Shown here piece by piece: positions 48,745-62,600 of a stretch of 64,000 nucleotides of DNA. Position numbers and translations under genes: made by a program. Origin of the DNA: Catajapyx aquilonaris (taxonomy: Eukaryota); NCBI GenBank assembly GCA_000934665.2, contig KZ538775.1, positions 1-64,000 of the forward strand. The letters are read 5' to 3'. The notes below the pieces were generated by a model. The model was not told the DNA's origin. It did not search any database and was given only the letters and a program-made list of their open reading frames with translations. How positions within the stretch are numbered: position 1 is the stretch's first letter; the number at the start of each line of letters is the position of its first letter.

Positions 48745-51700
48745 TTTATTAATAACGATAAATTAAATAATGGCAGGCTTTATGTAGTTGAGTAGGATGA
48801 CTAGTACTGTAAGCAATTACTGGGTGTTAATGGTGATACATAGACCCCGAAAATAGCAAATAAAACCGGCCCGTATCACGAATTCATGAATCATGAACCG
48901 GTCCCATGACAGAGAAGTTATCGGGGCCTTCTCTTGACTTTAGGGCCATGCCACAGATTTGCACAGTGTCGCATCGAAGAAAATTATGGCGAATTATAGT
49001 CGACTTGGCCAAGGATGATGCCCTTGCGAGCGATTGTAAATATCTGAAACAGTGTTGATAAGAGGGGGATAACGTTAGCAGTGCACAAAAAAAGCCTTGG
49101 CCTGGAGGGTGGGGAGGGTGGTGAGGGACGAGGGGAGAGGCGGAAAATAACGGGGTCGGAGAGGCATAGTTGCCTCGGCAGATTCGAAGTTCACACGGAT
49201 ACAACTTGGCATTCTCTCGGTTTTACCTGCTCTTGCCAAATTGATTACCAAAGCACGCTCCAGCTCGTCTCATCCACCCATTTTTTCCTTCTTTTTTTAC
49301 GCCTGAAAAAAGAGACGGCCGGGTTGTATTAGAGACGAGATGAGGTTGGCCATGGAGACACCTAAAAAAAAGAAGGAAGAGGGATTTAAGGCGAGCATAT
49401 GGCAACGTGTGATGATCTACGTGTCGTTTCAGCTCATAACATTATCACCAGGATGGGTCCAAGAGAGCAGCACATGGCGGGCTTCAGATTACTAATAGAG
49501 AGATGGGCGGAGGGATTCAGGATATAAATGGGAGAGAGAGAGGGGGGGGGGTTAAATTTGCATGTCCACATCTGCAGGAAGAGCTCCAATGTACAGAGTT
49601 TTCAATTTCCAACTCATTGTGGAAAAGGAGAAAACTCGACGCCCACTGTGCAGGTGCTGCTATATACACACGCACACACAAAAAAACAACAAAAACTGTA
49701 AGCCTGGGGTATGTTTCCTAAACAGGTAACAATTAGTTGAGCAAGTTTGGGGAATGGAGGTGGGAATTTTTTTGATGAAATTTTTTTTTAATAAATAAAA
49801 TTTTGTAGCGAGTGTGTGTGGCATTCCAGTGAACTATATCTAATCCGGGGTAGATTACGCGGCCGCAAAACCGTGATTTGCGATACCGGTGTATGCGATT
49901 TATTGCGAATGAACCGGCACAGGTATTTGGAAAGCAATTAACCCAATATTTTATGGCAGCTCCCCCCCCCCCTCCCCACTTTTTTTCTGAAAGCGTCGCT
50001 ACGTAAACTAAGCAGCGTGTAATGCGATTAATGAACTCAGTGCGTGATTATTAATGTGCAGTAACTTTATTGTAATTAATGGGGGAAAAGGGCGCTTTTA
50101 TTTGCAGGGCGAGTAAATATTCAAGCGCGGGGAAGTTTTTAATCCAGTTAGCAATGGTGCCCTTGTTTTGATCAAATTTCACCCACCAATTATTTTATCC
50201 GGCAGAACATAACGAACAAAATAATGTATTATAGAGAGAGAGAGAAAAAAATGAGGCCGACAACAAACAACCATAAAAATGGCACCAGATCCTGTTAACA
50301 CTGCAGACTTTTAAAATGTAGGCAAAAGTTAATGAGCGGAGTAGGAAGCCATTCTGGTTGGGAAGTTTCCACATTCTTGAACCTTGAAACGAGTTTTCCG
50401 TGTAAAGACGGGCGCTACTTTCTACGCCGAAGGGGAAAGGAGTCTAAATAAATAGAGGGGAGGATGTTACCGTGTGTCCTGTCCACTTCCAACTTCCAAT
50501 CACATCTGGGCTGGGATAGGAAAGGACACACTAAAAAAAAGAGAGAGATGGTCCATTTGGCCGGATTTTATTTCGCTTGCTCCGAAGGTGGCTAAATATG
50601 TTTCAATATGTGCTCGACCAGACGAAATTCGGCCGAAACTAGCCTAGAAAAAAAAGGTCCAGGGTCTCCCCAACTCCCCATTCAATCCCCCATGTAACTG
50701 TATTTGTTGTCATGAAGCGAAGGCGGAAAGAGTAGCCAAGTTTAAGGAAAAAGAAGACAAAAAAAAAGAAGTGGAGGGCAGCCATTCGCTTCATTGGTAT
50801 AGAAGTCTGATGGTGTTGTTGTTGTTTTTTTTTCTCTTCCGTTGCAACCGAGGGGGCTTTTGATGCCTGATTGATCAAGTACAAGTCGCTCGGGTCGGTT
50901 TGGTTGTAAGTAACCTACTTGAGACTGGTTGAAGTCGAAAGAGAAGAAGGGGAATCGATATCTGCAAGCAAATGCGCGTGAAGATTGATTTGACATGGGC
51001 TCGCTTTGGAAAGAGGATAGAGAGACAGAGGTATAAGTATATAAGGTAAAAAAAAAATGTCTCCGTCTTCTTTTTCGATTTTTGATGGCGGCTCCTTTTT
51101 TTTGTAAATAATATATATGGTGTGTAGGAGGGGGGAAAGACCGGTGTTGGGACGAATGCGAACAAATTTTGCGAAACACATTTTTGGAGTCGGGGAAATC
51201 CGGAAGTCGAGCATGATATAAGTCAACGTCTGGGAAGAGTTTTTGTACATTAAGCTTGGTGAAAGGGAAGATCGCCTTAGGACTGATGACTTATTGATTC
51301 TANNNNNNNNNNNNNNNNNNNTCCCATCCCACCTCCTTCATTCCCCCGCCCCCTCAGCCATTCCCATCATGTTTGAAAAGGCTCAGATCCCAAAATGAGG
51401 ATTACCTGGCAATCTCATCGATAGCCATTACCCGATGAAGTATTTCCAGTGCTAAAACGGATTTTAATCGTCGTACAAACGTTATCGATAATTTAAATGT
51501 TAATGATTTCATATGAGGTCTAATCCGTTCCGCCCTGTATACGATTATTTTTTTCATGTGGGTGACTCAACCTTTTTTCGATAAGGGGCGTTTGGCCTTG
51601 GATCTTGATTCCGCCGTGAGAATTTTCTGTTGAGGTCACTGAACATGTCCCTGTTATAATGGAAAAAAGGAAAAGAAAATGCTGAGGTGCTTGCCTTTCC

Positions 51701-54700
51701 CTTTGAACCGAATTTCCGCGTGATATGAACAAGAAGAAAAAAAAAAGACTTCTATTCATAGTCCTGCCGCATAAATCTCGTGATAGTTTTTGATTGGATC
51801 AAATCACGTGCAATTTTTATGCAAACGGGCGATGATTTGTCGTGACGATCTTCTCCCATCTCGGTTGCGTGTCCGCTCGACCTTCAATTTACACGTTAAA
51901 AAACAAGGCGCTCGGAAAAAAGATTTGACCGATCAAACTCTGTGACGTCACACATACACATTAAAAATAATCGAGATGGGGAGGCGTGGCCAGAAGCTCG
52001 CAGAACAAAGGAAGCTGCTGGCAGAAATTAGGACGCAAACAGAGCGATGAGAATTTGGGCCACTCCTACTTTTATACACCTCTCTTTTGTGTTGACAGTG
52101 CTAAACGCTGGGGCAACAATTAAGTGGAGCTCTAACCAATCTTAGAAACATATGCGCGGGGGCCCGTCTATTTTAAGGAACTGCCGGCCCATTTTTTATG
52201 GGGTTGCCAAAAAGTCTGCTTGCAGAGTCGGATGTTAATTTTGCATACGGGCCTCTACCCCATCTAGCGAATTTTTTTAAAAAAAAGGAGTGATATGAAT
52301 GAAAAGGAATTCGGGAGGCTGTTCCGTCAGGAAAACATTTATTTTCAGCAGTTAAGTTGTCGTGGCAGAGCAAGAGCCATATTTCAGTATTTTAACCCTC
52401 CAAAAAAAGGGGGGGAAAGGATGGTACGCTGTTACTTTTCCAGCCTGGTGCTTTATTAGCCGAAAATAAGTGTGTAATAGCGTGATGGCGCTTCTGGGAC
52501 GTAATTTCCTTTATGAGGGCAGTATTTTGGGAAGCATGACTCCAGCAATGTGCTTGTACACAGAAATAGCTGCATGTGGAAAAAGAAAAACGGTCGATTT
52601 TTCTTGTATTGGGGGTATGGTGGAGAGGGGGAGACTTGTTTTTCTAGTTGTTTTTTTTTTTGGTATGTTCCTTGGGAAGTCATGGCTGAGGGTAAACCGG
52701 TCTGAGGGTTTTTGGCGGACAAAGGGAGATGTAATTGGAGTGCGCATCGCGGCCATATTGTACCCCCAGCGTAACTGCGTTTGTATCATGTGACACGGCG
52801 GGCACCCCACATTTTTTCTAGTTCAATCTCCTTTGTCGACCCGAGAATCCTGGAAATCGGTTCTGGTTGTGTGGGAGGAACACTCGACTCAATTTCGAGA
52901 TAAGTTGTGTAATATAGTTTTTTCCTCGGAATTGCGGCGTCCGTGGAATGACACGAACTCTGTTATGTATCCAGGTTTAATTATATATGGAAGGGTTTGC
53001 TTGCAACGAAGGACGTTATTTAAAAATATATTTCAGTAGAACGTATATCTCCAATTGATGAGGATGCAAGTATGTGTAAAAATTTCCTGCCCCTTTTCCT
53101 GTTGGGTTACGTAATTCTCGTTGAATAAAACATTGCGACACTGTAAATGAATTTTTTTTTTTCATTGGCGCACTACATCATTTTATTGAAGTTGACAGTG
53201 TTATTATGCAGTACTACTTTATGGATGAAGGAAAAAGATCGCCAGCGAGTTTCTCATCCCGTTAAAAATGCGAATATGACTCGGATGACGTAAGACAATG
53301 AAGTGAACTCGACTCGAACAGAGAGACACTCGGAGTATAAAAGCCAATAAAAACGGTAAAGGTCGCAGCTAGGAAATAAAAGGCTGTATTACAGTGCCGG
53401 AGGGGGGCTTGGCAAGAGTTAACCGAAACTGAAGAAAAAATTGCTGTGCATATGCATTACAGAGCAGGGGCATGTGTGCACGAATTAATTTCGGAGGCTG
53501 CCATCACAAATATGGGGCCACTTTTACCAGCCTTGAGCCGATAATTGAATCTCGGTCCAAGTTTGGATATGACTATTGGTATTCATTCTGTTTCTCTTGG
53601 CGGATCCATCCTGAGACGTGTAGACATAATATCAGAAAAGATCATAGACGGATTGAGGGGTGGTGGTGGAAGTGTAGGAGAAAAAAAAATCAATGGCTGC
53701 CATATCTCCCTGGGGGGAAATCCCCTGGGTCTTCTCCACCTCCCCCAACATCACCATCCACCCCCCCTGCCCTCGAATCCCTTCCAGGAGTAACATTTTT
53801 GGCAAACACTAGATTTCTGTGGTGACCTGTTGGCTCATCGGAGTACGCTCCAGGGATGCCGTCTCACTGGCACAAATTGCGACTGAAACAGACGCCTCCG
53901 CTTCATCTCAAAATCGAGCCTGAAAAAAACAAGATGTATTATTTTTATTGCACTAACTGTCCAATTTATTTATTAGTACAGCAACTGTGTAATTGAGCTC
54001 TGTACCACCCTGGACATTGTATCGAGTCATGAATAATAACAAAATCGGGTCAGCGGCTCTTCTTGCATGCCCACACATCCATGATTCAGATTTCTCCTCC
54101 ACCCCATCCCCATATCACCCCTCCTTTTACTATTTGACGTCGAGTGCATTGCGAATGCGCTCCATGGACGACTAATGGCACAGGTCCTTTCAAAGTCCTT
54201 GAAATGTGTATAAATGCTTGACTTCGGGGAAGTGGAGGCCTTATCGATCCGCGTAATGTCTGTGTTTGTAAGCGGAACAGGCAATCTTGGAGCTAAAGGA
54301 ATAGCAGGGGGTTAATTTACTCGCTCAGGTATCCCGTTTGACGTTGATTATGAGGGCTCCGAGTCCCCCCCAGCACCAAGAGTTCCTGGTGCCTACGACC
54401 CCCCCATCCTCTCTCTGGACCTGCTGCATTAAATATGGAGAAGAAACAAGTGCTAATTCGGCTAAATAAGTTTGCGCTGTCCCCAAATTGCGTTCTTTGC
54501 GACCCCCTAAGGGTAATTGCAGAAAAGGTCCGGCCTCGGATGCTGAGAAAGACACGTTTTATGTAATCAAGCGACATAAAGCGCAATCGATTTGGCAAGA
54601 GAATCATCCCCGTTTTTCGAGTTTTTGGGAGGAGGATGAGAAGGGGGGGATATTATTCAAGCGCGTTTTCAACCCGTCCTCTTCCTTTGAAAATAAACGA

Positions 54701-57256
54701 TAATGGGGCACTGCCAAGTTCGTTTCCTGGCGTCAAGGACAGGAATGATAATGCTGTTGAAGGGAAAGTAGTGCAAGTTGGAAGGTGCCAATTTGACAGC
54801 GAAGGGGGACTCAAAATCAGAAGTTAAGCATTTTCATGTGTCCAAAATTATGTGTATATGGAAAGGGGGGGGGGGGGTTTTTCCCTGAGATAAAATTAGT
54901 TAGATGGTTTTTGGGGGATTTTAATTGGGTTGTCACAGACCAGCGCTCTCTGTCGTGGCGACAGCTGGGCATTAGTCACCTTCCTTATCTCTGCTGCACT
55001 GACACATACCAGACTGTGTAATGCGAAGTGCAATATGATTTAAATGGAACATTACCTCAAGACTCGGGTGTCAGCCAAGAAGTGCGGAAGTGATAAGAGC
55101 TTTGTTATCTGAGAAGGACAGCTGAAAAGCAACCACGGGTTATCAAAGGGTCTGTACTAAAATGTTTGATTATTTTTAAAACTGGAGACGCAATGTTTCA
55201 ATTTGTTTTTGCGGCACATACGTGGCAGTGTCCATGTAAATCCGGAAAGAGATGGAAGATGAATTTTAATAACCCCCCTTTTTCCCATCTCCTGCATCAT
55301 ATCCCGCCTGCTGCCCTCCCCCACTTCGTTAATTACATAAATAACGTAATTAATCCTCTGGCTACGGGCCATGTTTGTGTTTTTTTATGCAGGACTAGGG
55401 GGGTATGGCCGGGGTAGTTTTAGGGGGGGTTGGGTTGAACCTCCGGACATGGCCTAAAACATGAAAGAGAATGCCCCCCACCCACCCACCCTCCACCCAC
55501 TCTTTCCAACCCGTGCTGGCACTAAATGAGTTTTTGCTGATTAGTTTCAGTTTTACAAGGTAATGAACCGCATTTTGAGCACCCCCCATTCTTTTTCCCT
55601 CTCACACACACCTTTTCCGTCGCTGATTGACAAAATAGACGAGGGATAGAGCGTGGGTGGGTGTAATCGAAATAAACACTTGATGCCCATTATAGTGCGA
55701 TGGCGAAGGCAAATTGACTAATTGGCGGATTCTGCGTGTAATGAGAGGCCCGACCTATTGTTGCACTTGTACGTGGTGTCTGCACGTGTCAGTGGATATT
55801 TTATGGTACCTCGTAAACGTTGCTTTTTATTAGAACTATTTATGCAATGTGCTGCTTGTAATAACCGTGTTTTGCATGCTGTTTTTTTCTGTGCACTTCT
55901 CTCGAGGGCGAGGGACTGTAAAGCCATTTCTGAAGGCTAGGAATCCATTTATCTTATGACGTCATGCCTGGGTAACGAAATCGTTTGGAGAGAATAAGAA
56001 AAAAAATACACAGTTGGTCTGTTAGAACATACAGAATCCAGTTTCCTATGACTTGGCCTTGGTTGAGCAGCTTTGACACAACAAAATAATATTATCCGTC
56101 TGTGAGCAGAAATATTGCAACATCGCGCGGGTAATAAGTGTCACAGCTAATCATTTTCTAACACGGCTTATCCTGCTCTCTGCACGTCAACAAGCAAACT
56201 TATTATTTGTTTTAATACTAGTCACGTTGACAAAAATTAAACTTAATGCCCCGATCTAATTAAATTCTGGTAGGCCCGCGCAATTAAACCCGATTTCACG
56301 CCAAGGACACATTGGTTTCTATTTTTTCCTCATTGACCTTACGGATCGTGTCCCGCATAAAAATTTTCTCATCTCGGCTTTTAATAACTGCTGTGCCATT
56401 TTGTATTTTATGTATGACGCACATCTGACTAATCATTTATGCCCAACATTTTTTTTTTGACATATTTATTTAGTCCGTGCTTGCAAATTGTTTGCAATTA
56501 CGAAAACATATTTAGAGGGTAGTACAGGTATGCTGGAGTATGCACACACACAAAAAAAGGGAGTTTGGAGGGTTATAACCTCTAGCGTTAGTAAATGATG
56601 TAGTAGGGTATTAGCAAGCGGAAGAGATGGGGCGCCATGGAAAGTAGGGGGGGGGGAGTAGGAGAGGAGGGGAAAGGGAAGGGGGGGGGGNNNNNNCCCC
56701 CCCCCCCCTCCCAAATGGTTGCCATGGAGACGTGGCCACCACACAGATTTCGTCCTCGAATAAAAGCCCCGAAAGCGGAATAATCGTCCTTCACTGAAAT
56801 GTACTGGGAAAGCCTATTCTCTTATTGCACATATTACCGTCTAGCAAACGGGTCTAATTATAGCGCGGTGTAATTAAATTGTTTCGCATATATTTTTTTT
56901 TGTTGTTTGTTGCGTCGACATGCAACGCCTATATGGTTTTATTATTTGTTGTTTGTTGGACTTTTGGGACGTGTCCTGTTTAGTTGTTGTTTCCGGCCAG
57001 GTAATGATGGCAGATGTAGGTTATTTTTTTAATTTTTTTTTTTGGAGGTAGGAGGGGGGATGGGGGTTGTTTTTTTTAAGAGTGGAATTTTTGGCGCAGC
57101 TCGCGATAGGGGTTATTAGCTGAATATTTTATGGCCGGATGCTAAGGTGTACAAAGGTCCATGAAAAGTAATTTTTTATAGCTATACATAGCATAGAAAA
57201 AAATGAGAACTGCCATCAAAACGCCCACACTCAATTAAAAAGCTATTGAAGCGAGC

Positions 57257-57312
<56 letters not shown>
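57257..57312. repeat. (AAT)n microsatellite
   Basis: About 18 AAT units; source of the spurious poly-Ile ORF. Confidence 0.95.
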
Positions 57313-57314
<2 letters not shown>

Positions 57315-59030
57315 CGCATTTTTGGTAATGTTTGGGATTCATGGTGTGTGTGTGTGTGTTTTTTCTTCTTCAAAAGCGTCGGGCAACAAATTCGATCACT
57401 GTAATTTGGTAATGGCATTGCAGGGAAAGTGATGTTTAATGGCAGCTTCGTGTGCGCAACGACTATTGGCCAATGTAAATGCTATGTTGCCGCATAATGC
57501 AGCTGACTGATTTTTTTTCGGCTAGTCCCCCTCCCTCCCCCCTTCCAATCTCCCCCTCCCATTTCTCTTCCCCCCCTACCATCCCCTCCCCCCGTTTTAT
57601 CGATTGGGATACTATACAGAACACAGGTTACAAACGCCAACTTGTTGTAACCAAAGAGTATTTTAGCTTGCGCCATAGTTGACATGTTATGATGAAAATG
57701 TGAATCCCGCATGTAAATCAACCGTTTCTGGAAGGCAATTTTTATTATTATGTTTTACAAAAAAAATATGTCAAGTACTTTGGCGTACTGAGCGCATTGC
57801 CCAAACTATTAAGAGAATAACAGTGCACATAAGCTCGATTTTTGATGCTTTGTGCATGCGCAACAATGGGGTGGTAAATTGTCGGAGGATGGTTAGGTTG
57901 GGGGGCGGGTTTTGAATAGAAAGGCAGATGGCGTCAGGCACACAGGAGTACAATCCTATAATGCAAAAGGGTGGGTGGAGGGGGTGGGGGGCGGAGTGAG
58001 AAAAGCGTGTTAATTTGGGCGCTTGGACGGCCGGAATAGAAGGTAACAAATTGGGGACACTTTGTACCCGTCCAATAAGCCCGCCGTGTTGTTGCGAGAG
58101 AAGGGAACTCTCTTCTATAAATGGCGGACATTTTAGCCCCGCTATACTATATACACCCCCAGCTCGATTTCGCTTTTGTTGCTCTAACGACACTGACTGC
58201 ACTTATTAATAACGGTGTGTGGTTTATTGGACGGGGGGAAAAAAAGTGAGAGAATGAAGAGAGAGAGAAAAAAAATGATTGGACCTGATAGGAGGGATTG
58301 GTATAAAATGCGATTTTGCCAGTGGAATTCAATCCCCGTAGACGGGGGGGGGGGACTTAAATTTAGGAGGTTTTAATGGATCCGTCGGATGTAATTGCAT
58401 TCACAATTCCGGGGATATGAATAAAGTATTAGACCAGTGTTTTCCAGCGGGGGGAAGCTTCAAGATTAGGAACTAGGGAGATTTATTTTTGTTGACTGCG
58501 CGATTGAACCTGGCGATTAACATGTACAGGCGGCGGGGATTTGTTAATTACTCCAGGCCTCTCTCTCTATTTTTTTTATTCGGTTGATTTAGAGCGAATT
58601 TGAATTTCGCAATAACTTGATATACAGCGGCATTTCAAGGATCGTTGAGTAATTTAACCTTGTTATTAAAACTGCATGGATGAGTGGCTGTAAAGGGATT
58701 AAATTATTGGCCAAACGGAATATTTTATGATGCATGCATGACTCCAGCAATATAATTGCGCATGTACATATAAAAAGGGGGGGAAATGTGTGGTCGATGG
58801 TTTCTTAACAACGTTTCACATGTTTTTGTCTTCAATTTTACATTTACCTTATATTACGTGACAGTAATCGCACACGACAGACAGGAATTTTCTGCTTATT
58901 TATTTGAATTATTTTGAGCTGATTTTCGGTTTTTTTAAGTGCATGAAATAGCCCCCAGTGGTTTTATTGACCAATGAGCGATATGAATATTTAACACAAA
59001 AAAATCTTTCACGTGATAACATTCATATCT

Positions 59031-59200
59031 TGTAATAATTTGTAATAAAAAATCAGTACATTTGCACATTACATTATTTGCAATAATTTTTCATTAAAAA
59101 TCAGCACATGCGTACATTAAATCATTTGCAATACTTTTTGATATAAAATCAGTACATTTGTACATTACATGATTTGTAATAATTTGTAATTAAAAATTAT
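59031..59200. repeat. ~48-bp AT-rich minisatellite (about 3.5 copies)
   Basis: Recurrent AAAATCAG(T/C)ACAT...ACATTA..ATTTG(C/T)AATA. Confidence 0.7.
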
Positions 59201-59365
59201 TACAAAATATGAATGTCAACAAGTGATGGGAAATTTTAATGAGTGATTATTTCAAGTTTAGAAGAAGAAAAATATCTCAATAATTTGCAAATAATTGTGT
59301 ACAATATTGTTAAAAATTGAAATGGCGAAAAAGTGTTAAATAGCAGTCAACATTATTTGTTTCAG

Positions 59366-59606
59366 GACGAAGTAGTGGCCATATCGGAGAAAGTGGTGTT
59401 GAAAGTGGAGGATGTTCTGGTGTGGATGACGGAGGACGTGAAGTGGCAACGGGGACTGTGTGCCGTGTGGGAAAAGGAGTGTTTGTCGCCAGGTCCTGAT
59501 GGCGCCCCAGAGGAGCTGTCCAACAACGACCGGACCACCGACGGATTCCCTCTTTGCGGTGGCTTCCTAGACCTGAGGGACATTCAGAAAGAGAAGCAGC
59601 TTTTGG
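59366..59606 (+). CDS. ARID5B: ARID5B orthologue, second coding exon (gene continues beyond the window)
   Basis: tttcag|DEVVAISEKVVLKVEDVLVWMTEDVKWQRG...DLRDIQKEKQLL(G)|gtgagt continues HGE|DEV as in ARID5B (HGEDEVIAVSEKV). Intron 32729-59365 is about 26.6 kb. Confidence 0.92.
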
Positions 59607-62600
59607 GTGAGTCACTTTATTTATCCATCAGGCCCTTGACCCTGGCCGAACAACAGTGGGGTTCACACGCGGGTGTCGTTAGTCGTTGAGGTTGAGAATT
59701 AACCAATCAGAGCTCGTGGCAGCTCGTACGCTGATTGGTTGATCCGAACCACAGGGGACGATTGGCGGAAGGTTGAGCGCGCATTGCGGTGTTGCCATTT
59801 TCTCCACACGATTTATTGGTCCCTTTTTGAGGCATCGGAATGGAATGCAGTGAAAGTAACGTTTGGGTAATGCAGTAACTGGGGTTGTTGGAGGAAAATT
59901 AACTCGACTGGCGAACATCCTATCGATTGAGGTAGGTCGATAGCCTCCCCCCTCCCCCCTTTCCACTCACGGAATATTGCGAAATTTTACGTCCGATTTT
60001 CTAATAAAAGCAGACCACTACAACCTATTGAATAATGCAATTAGTAACAAGAGTATCGGTGTAGCATTGATTGCCAATTTAAGTTCAGAGGATGGGCACA
60101 GCAGTTTGAAACTAGCAGTCAAAACTTAGATATTGACTTTTTCTTTTCTTTTCTTTCCTTGGGTGTGGTTTTAGAGAGCGAAGGAGTCGTGAGGCATGTT
60201 TTGTTTGAAATTGACCCCGTGGAAATGAGGAAATGACATCACGTCGCGTCTCCTAAAATACATTTCTGCTGGAAAAAGCCTGAGACGCAAGACATATTGG
60301 AAACAGTGCGAAAAAAATATATGTGACAGGTCCTGCCGGAAAAAACGCTGTTGGTCTGATTTATCTCCCGATAAAATATTGCCGATCACGACAGTTATCC
60401 GGGCAATTATTTCTTGTCCGGAATTAAATTCTGGCTGCAGATTTTTGCAGGCACCCCCGAATCATAATTTTTCATCTCCTCATTTACATTCGTGACGCGT
60501 GGCACGTGCAAAAAAAAAAAAAGAAAGAAGAGAAGGAATTGATAATCGATACCCAAGAACATGCTCTATCCAGTGTCTGAAACAACATGGTAAAAAAAAG
60601 AACCGAGGGGGGGATTGGACAGTGCTCCCCCCCCCCCCCCGGTGACGTCATGATTAATTGAACAAACTCCGGATCAATTGCGACAGAAAAGAGCTCCCTG
60701 TACAACTTATCACATAACTTGGAGGAGGGTCCCCTGGAGGCAAGTCGGATCTAACTTCAGTATTTTGTGTTACAAAAGAATCGATCGATTGGGCCAGATT
60801 GGGTGGAGGGGGGGGGAGAAGGAGTGGGAGGGAGTGAGGGGGAGGTGATGTTTCTGGACGTCTCAGCCAAGCTTTTCTATTTTATATCAGCTTCCTTTTC
60901 AACTCTGTCACATTCGATTTTTGTTCCTCCTTTTTTTTTTGGTCGCGTCTTATCCTTTAGAAGGTCTCCTGTTTTAATTTCTATTCTTTTTGACAAAAGG
61001 AGGATTTTTGGGCACTGTTGCGGTTTCATTTTTTTTATATACCTCCTCCGAGCGCTTATCCTGAGGGGTCTCTGACCAAATTGGTGAAATAATTGCGACA
61101 TCGGTTCCCACGAGTAAATCTCGCCGGGGCTTCGAATTGTGTGCGAGAGAGTTATTTTTTGGCTTGTTTGACTTTCTACCACATTGGCCTCGTTTTGTAC
61201 GCTGAATGGGTCGGGAGAAAATCGCATTTTTTTAACCCCCCTCCATCTCTCTTAGCCCTATACCAATTTTTTCTCGTTTATTATTTTTTTTGTTAGCGAA
61301 CTGACTCCAAAAAAAATTGTATAAGCACATTCAGGAAGTAAAAATGAGGGCACAATTACTGCGTGTAAACCGTGCGTGATTTTCACACTTTTGCGTACTT
61401 CGCTAATCTTTCGTAAGCACTGCATCACATGAGGTTAAAAGTATAATGTCGTGACGTGAACGACTTGTGTTATCTGTGAAGTTTCTGACTGATAAATCAA
61501 TGCTGACTGAGTGTTTACTGACCTGTAACATCAAGATGTAAATGGTAATATGTTTTTTTCCCCTCTCCCTTGAAGCCCGATAAGCCCTCTGTGCTTATTG
61601 TATGTGCATAAAATTACTGAGCCGCTGTCGTCCTTCTAGCTAGATTACAACTCGGTATAAGAAAATGGATGTAGTAACTTCTGTTCAGCCAGCCGTTGCA
61701 CAATATGTCCTTGGCTGTAAAATTATATATGAAGGATAAAATGCCCCGCAAAATTTAGCTGGTGGCTACCCCCTGGCCAAATTGAATGATGCAAATTGAA
61801 ATAGTCTGTGACCCGCAATTAAAATCGTGCCTAGTAATCTAATCTGCCGTTATCGATATCGCTCACTGGCGTGACGCGTTATTCACGAAGCCCTATGCAT
61901 AACTGGCTGTGTGTATTAATTCTGCCTAATTAAGTATTCCTACCCGATAAAAAGTCGTTACGTACATTTTGACGTGTGAGGTATTGTAAAAGGAAAACAA
62001 GGGTGGTGTCAGGCTTTGCAACAATGTTTATCTTCCGGTTGCTGGATTTCCCAAGAGTTAGCGTCGAGTTTATCGCCGAGCCGACTCCATAATCGGCTTT
62101 ATTTGCGAGGGGGCCTAATGGAATATTACGTGTAGATGATATTACTTCCGCGAAATTACAGCCGAGTTAGCGTCAATTTTATCACCGGTCAACGATGTTT
62201 ATAAATTGTTCGATTGTTGCCAATTTTTTTTTCCTCTTCGAAATGTGCTGGATAAGAATTGGTGGGGGGGGGGGGAGGTATATAGGGGAAAGCTTCCTAT
62301 AATGACCGTATTGTCTGGAGTTGAAACAAGTTTGCGGGAGGTTGAAAGGATGTAATCTCATCACTATGCAGGAGGCCATTAGGCCTGCATATATTTGCGC
62401 TGCTGTTTACTCGCGGAAAGTCTCACAACTCCAACTTGATCGTTTTTTCCTCGAAGGACTCCGGAGTTTTCCTTGCATGGTTTCTTCAAAAGGAATATAT
62501 ATTTTAATTTTCCCTTCTTTTTTTTGTCTTTTCTTTTTGCTCTCAGCCCTCTCCCGATTTAAATCTTATTTTTATCGCCATTTTTACGACTTCTATTTGG

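Noticed and set aside
33600..59300. Numerous 60-168 aa ORFs within the ARID5B intron
   Set aside because: Low-complexity, homopolymer-driven translations; no domain motifs, transposase or RT signatures recognised.
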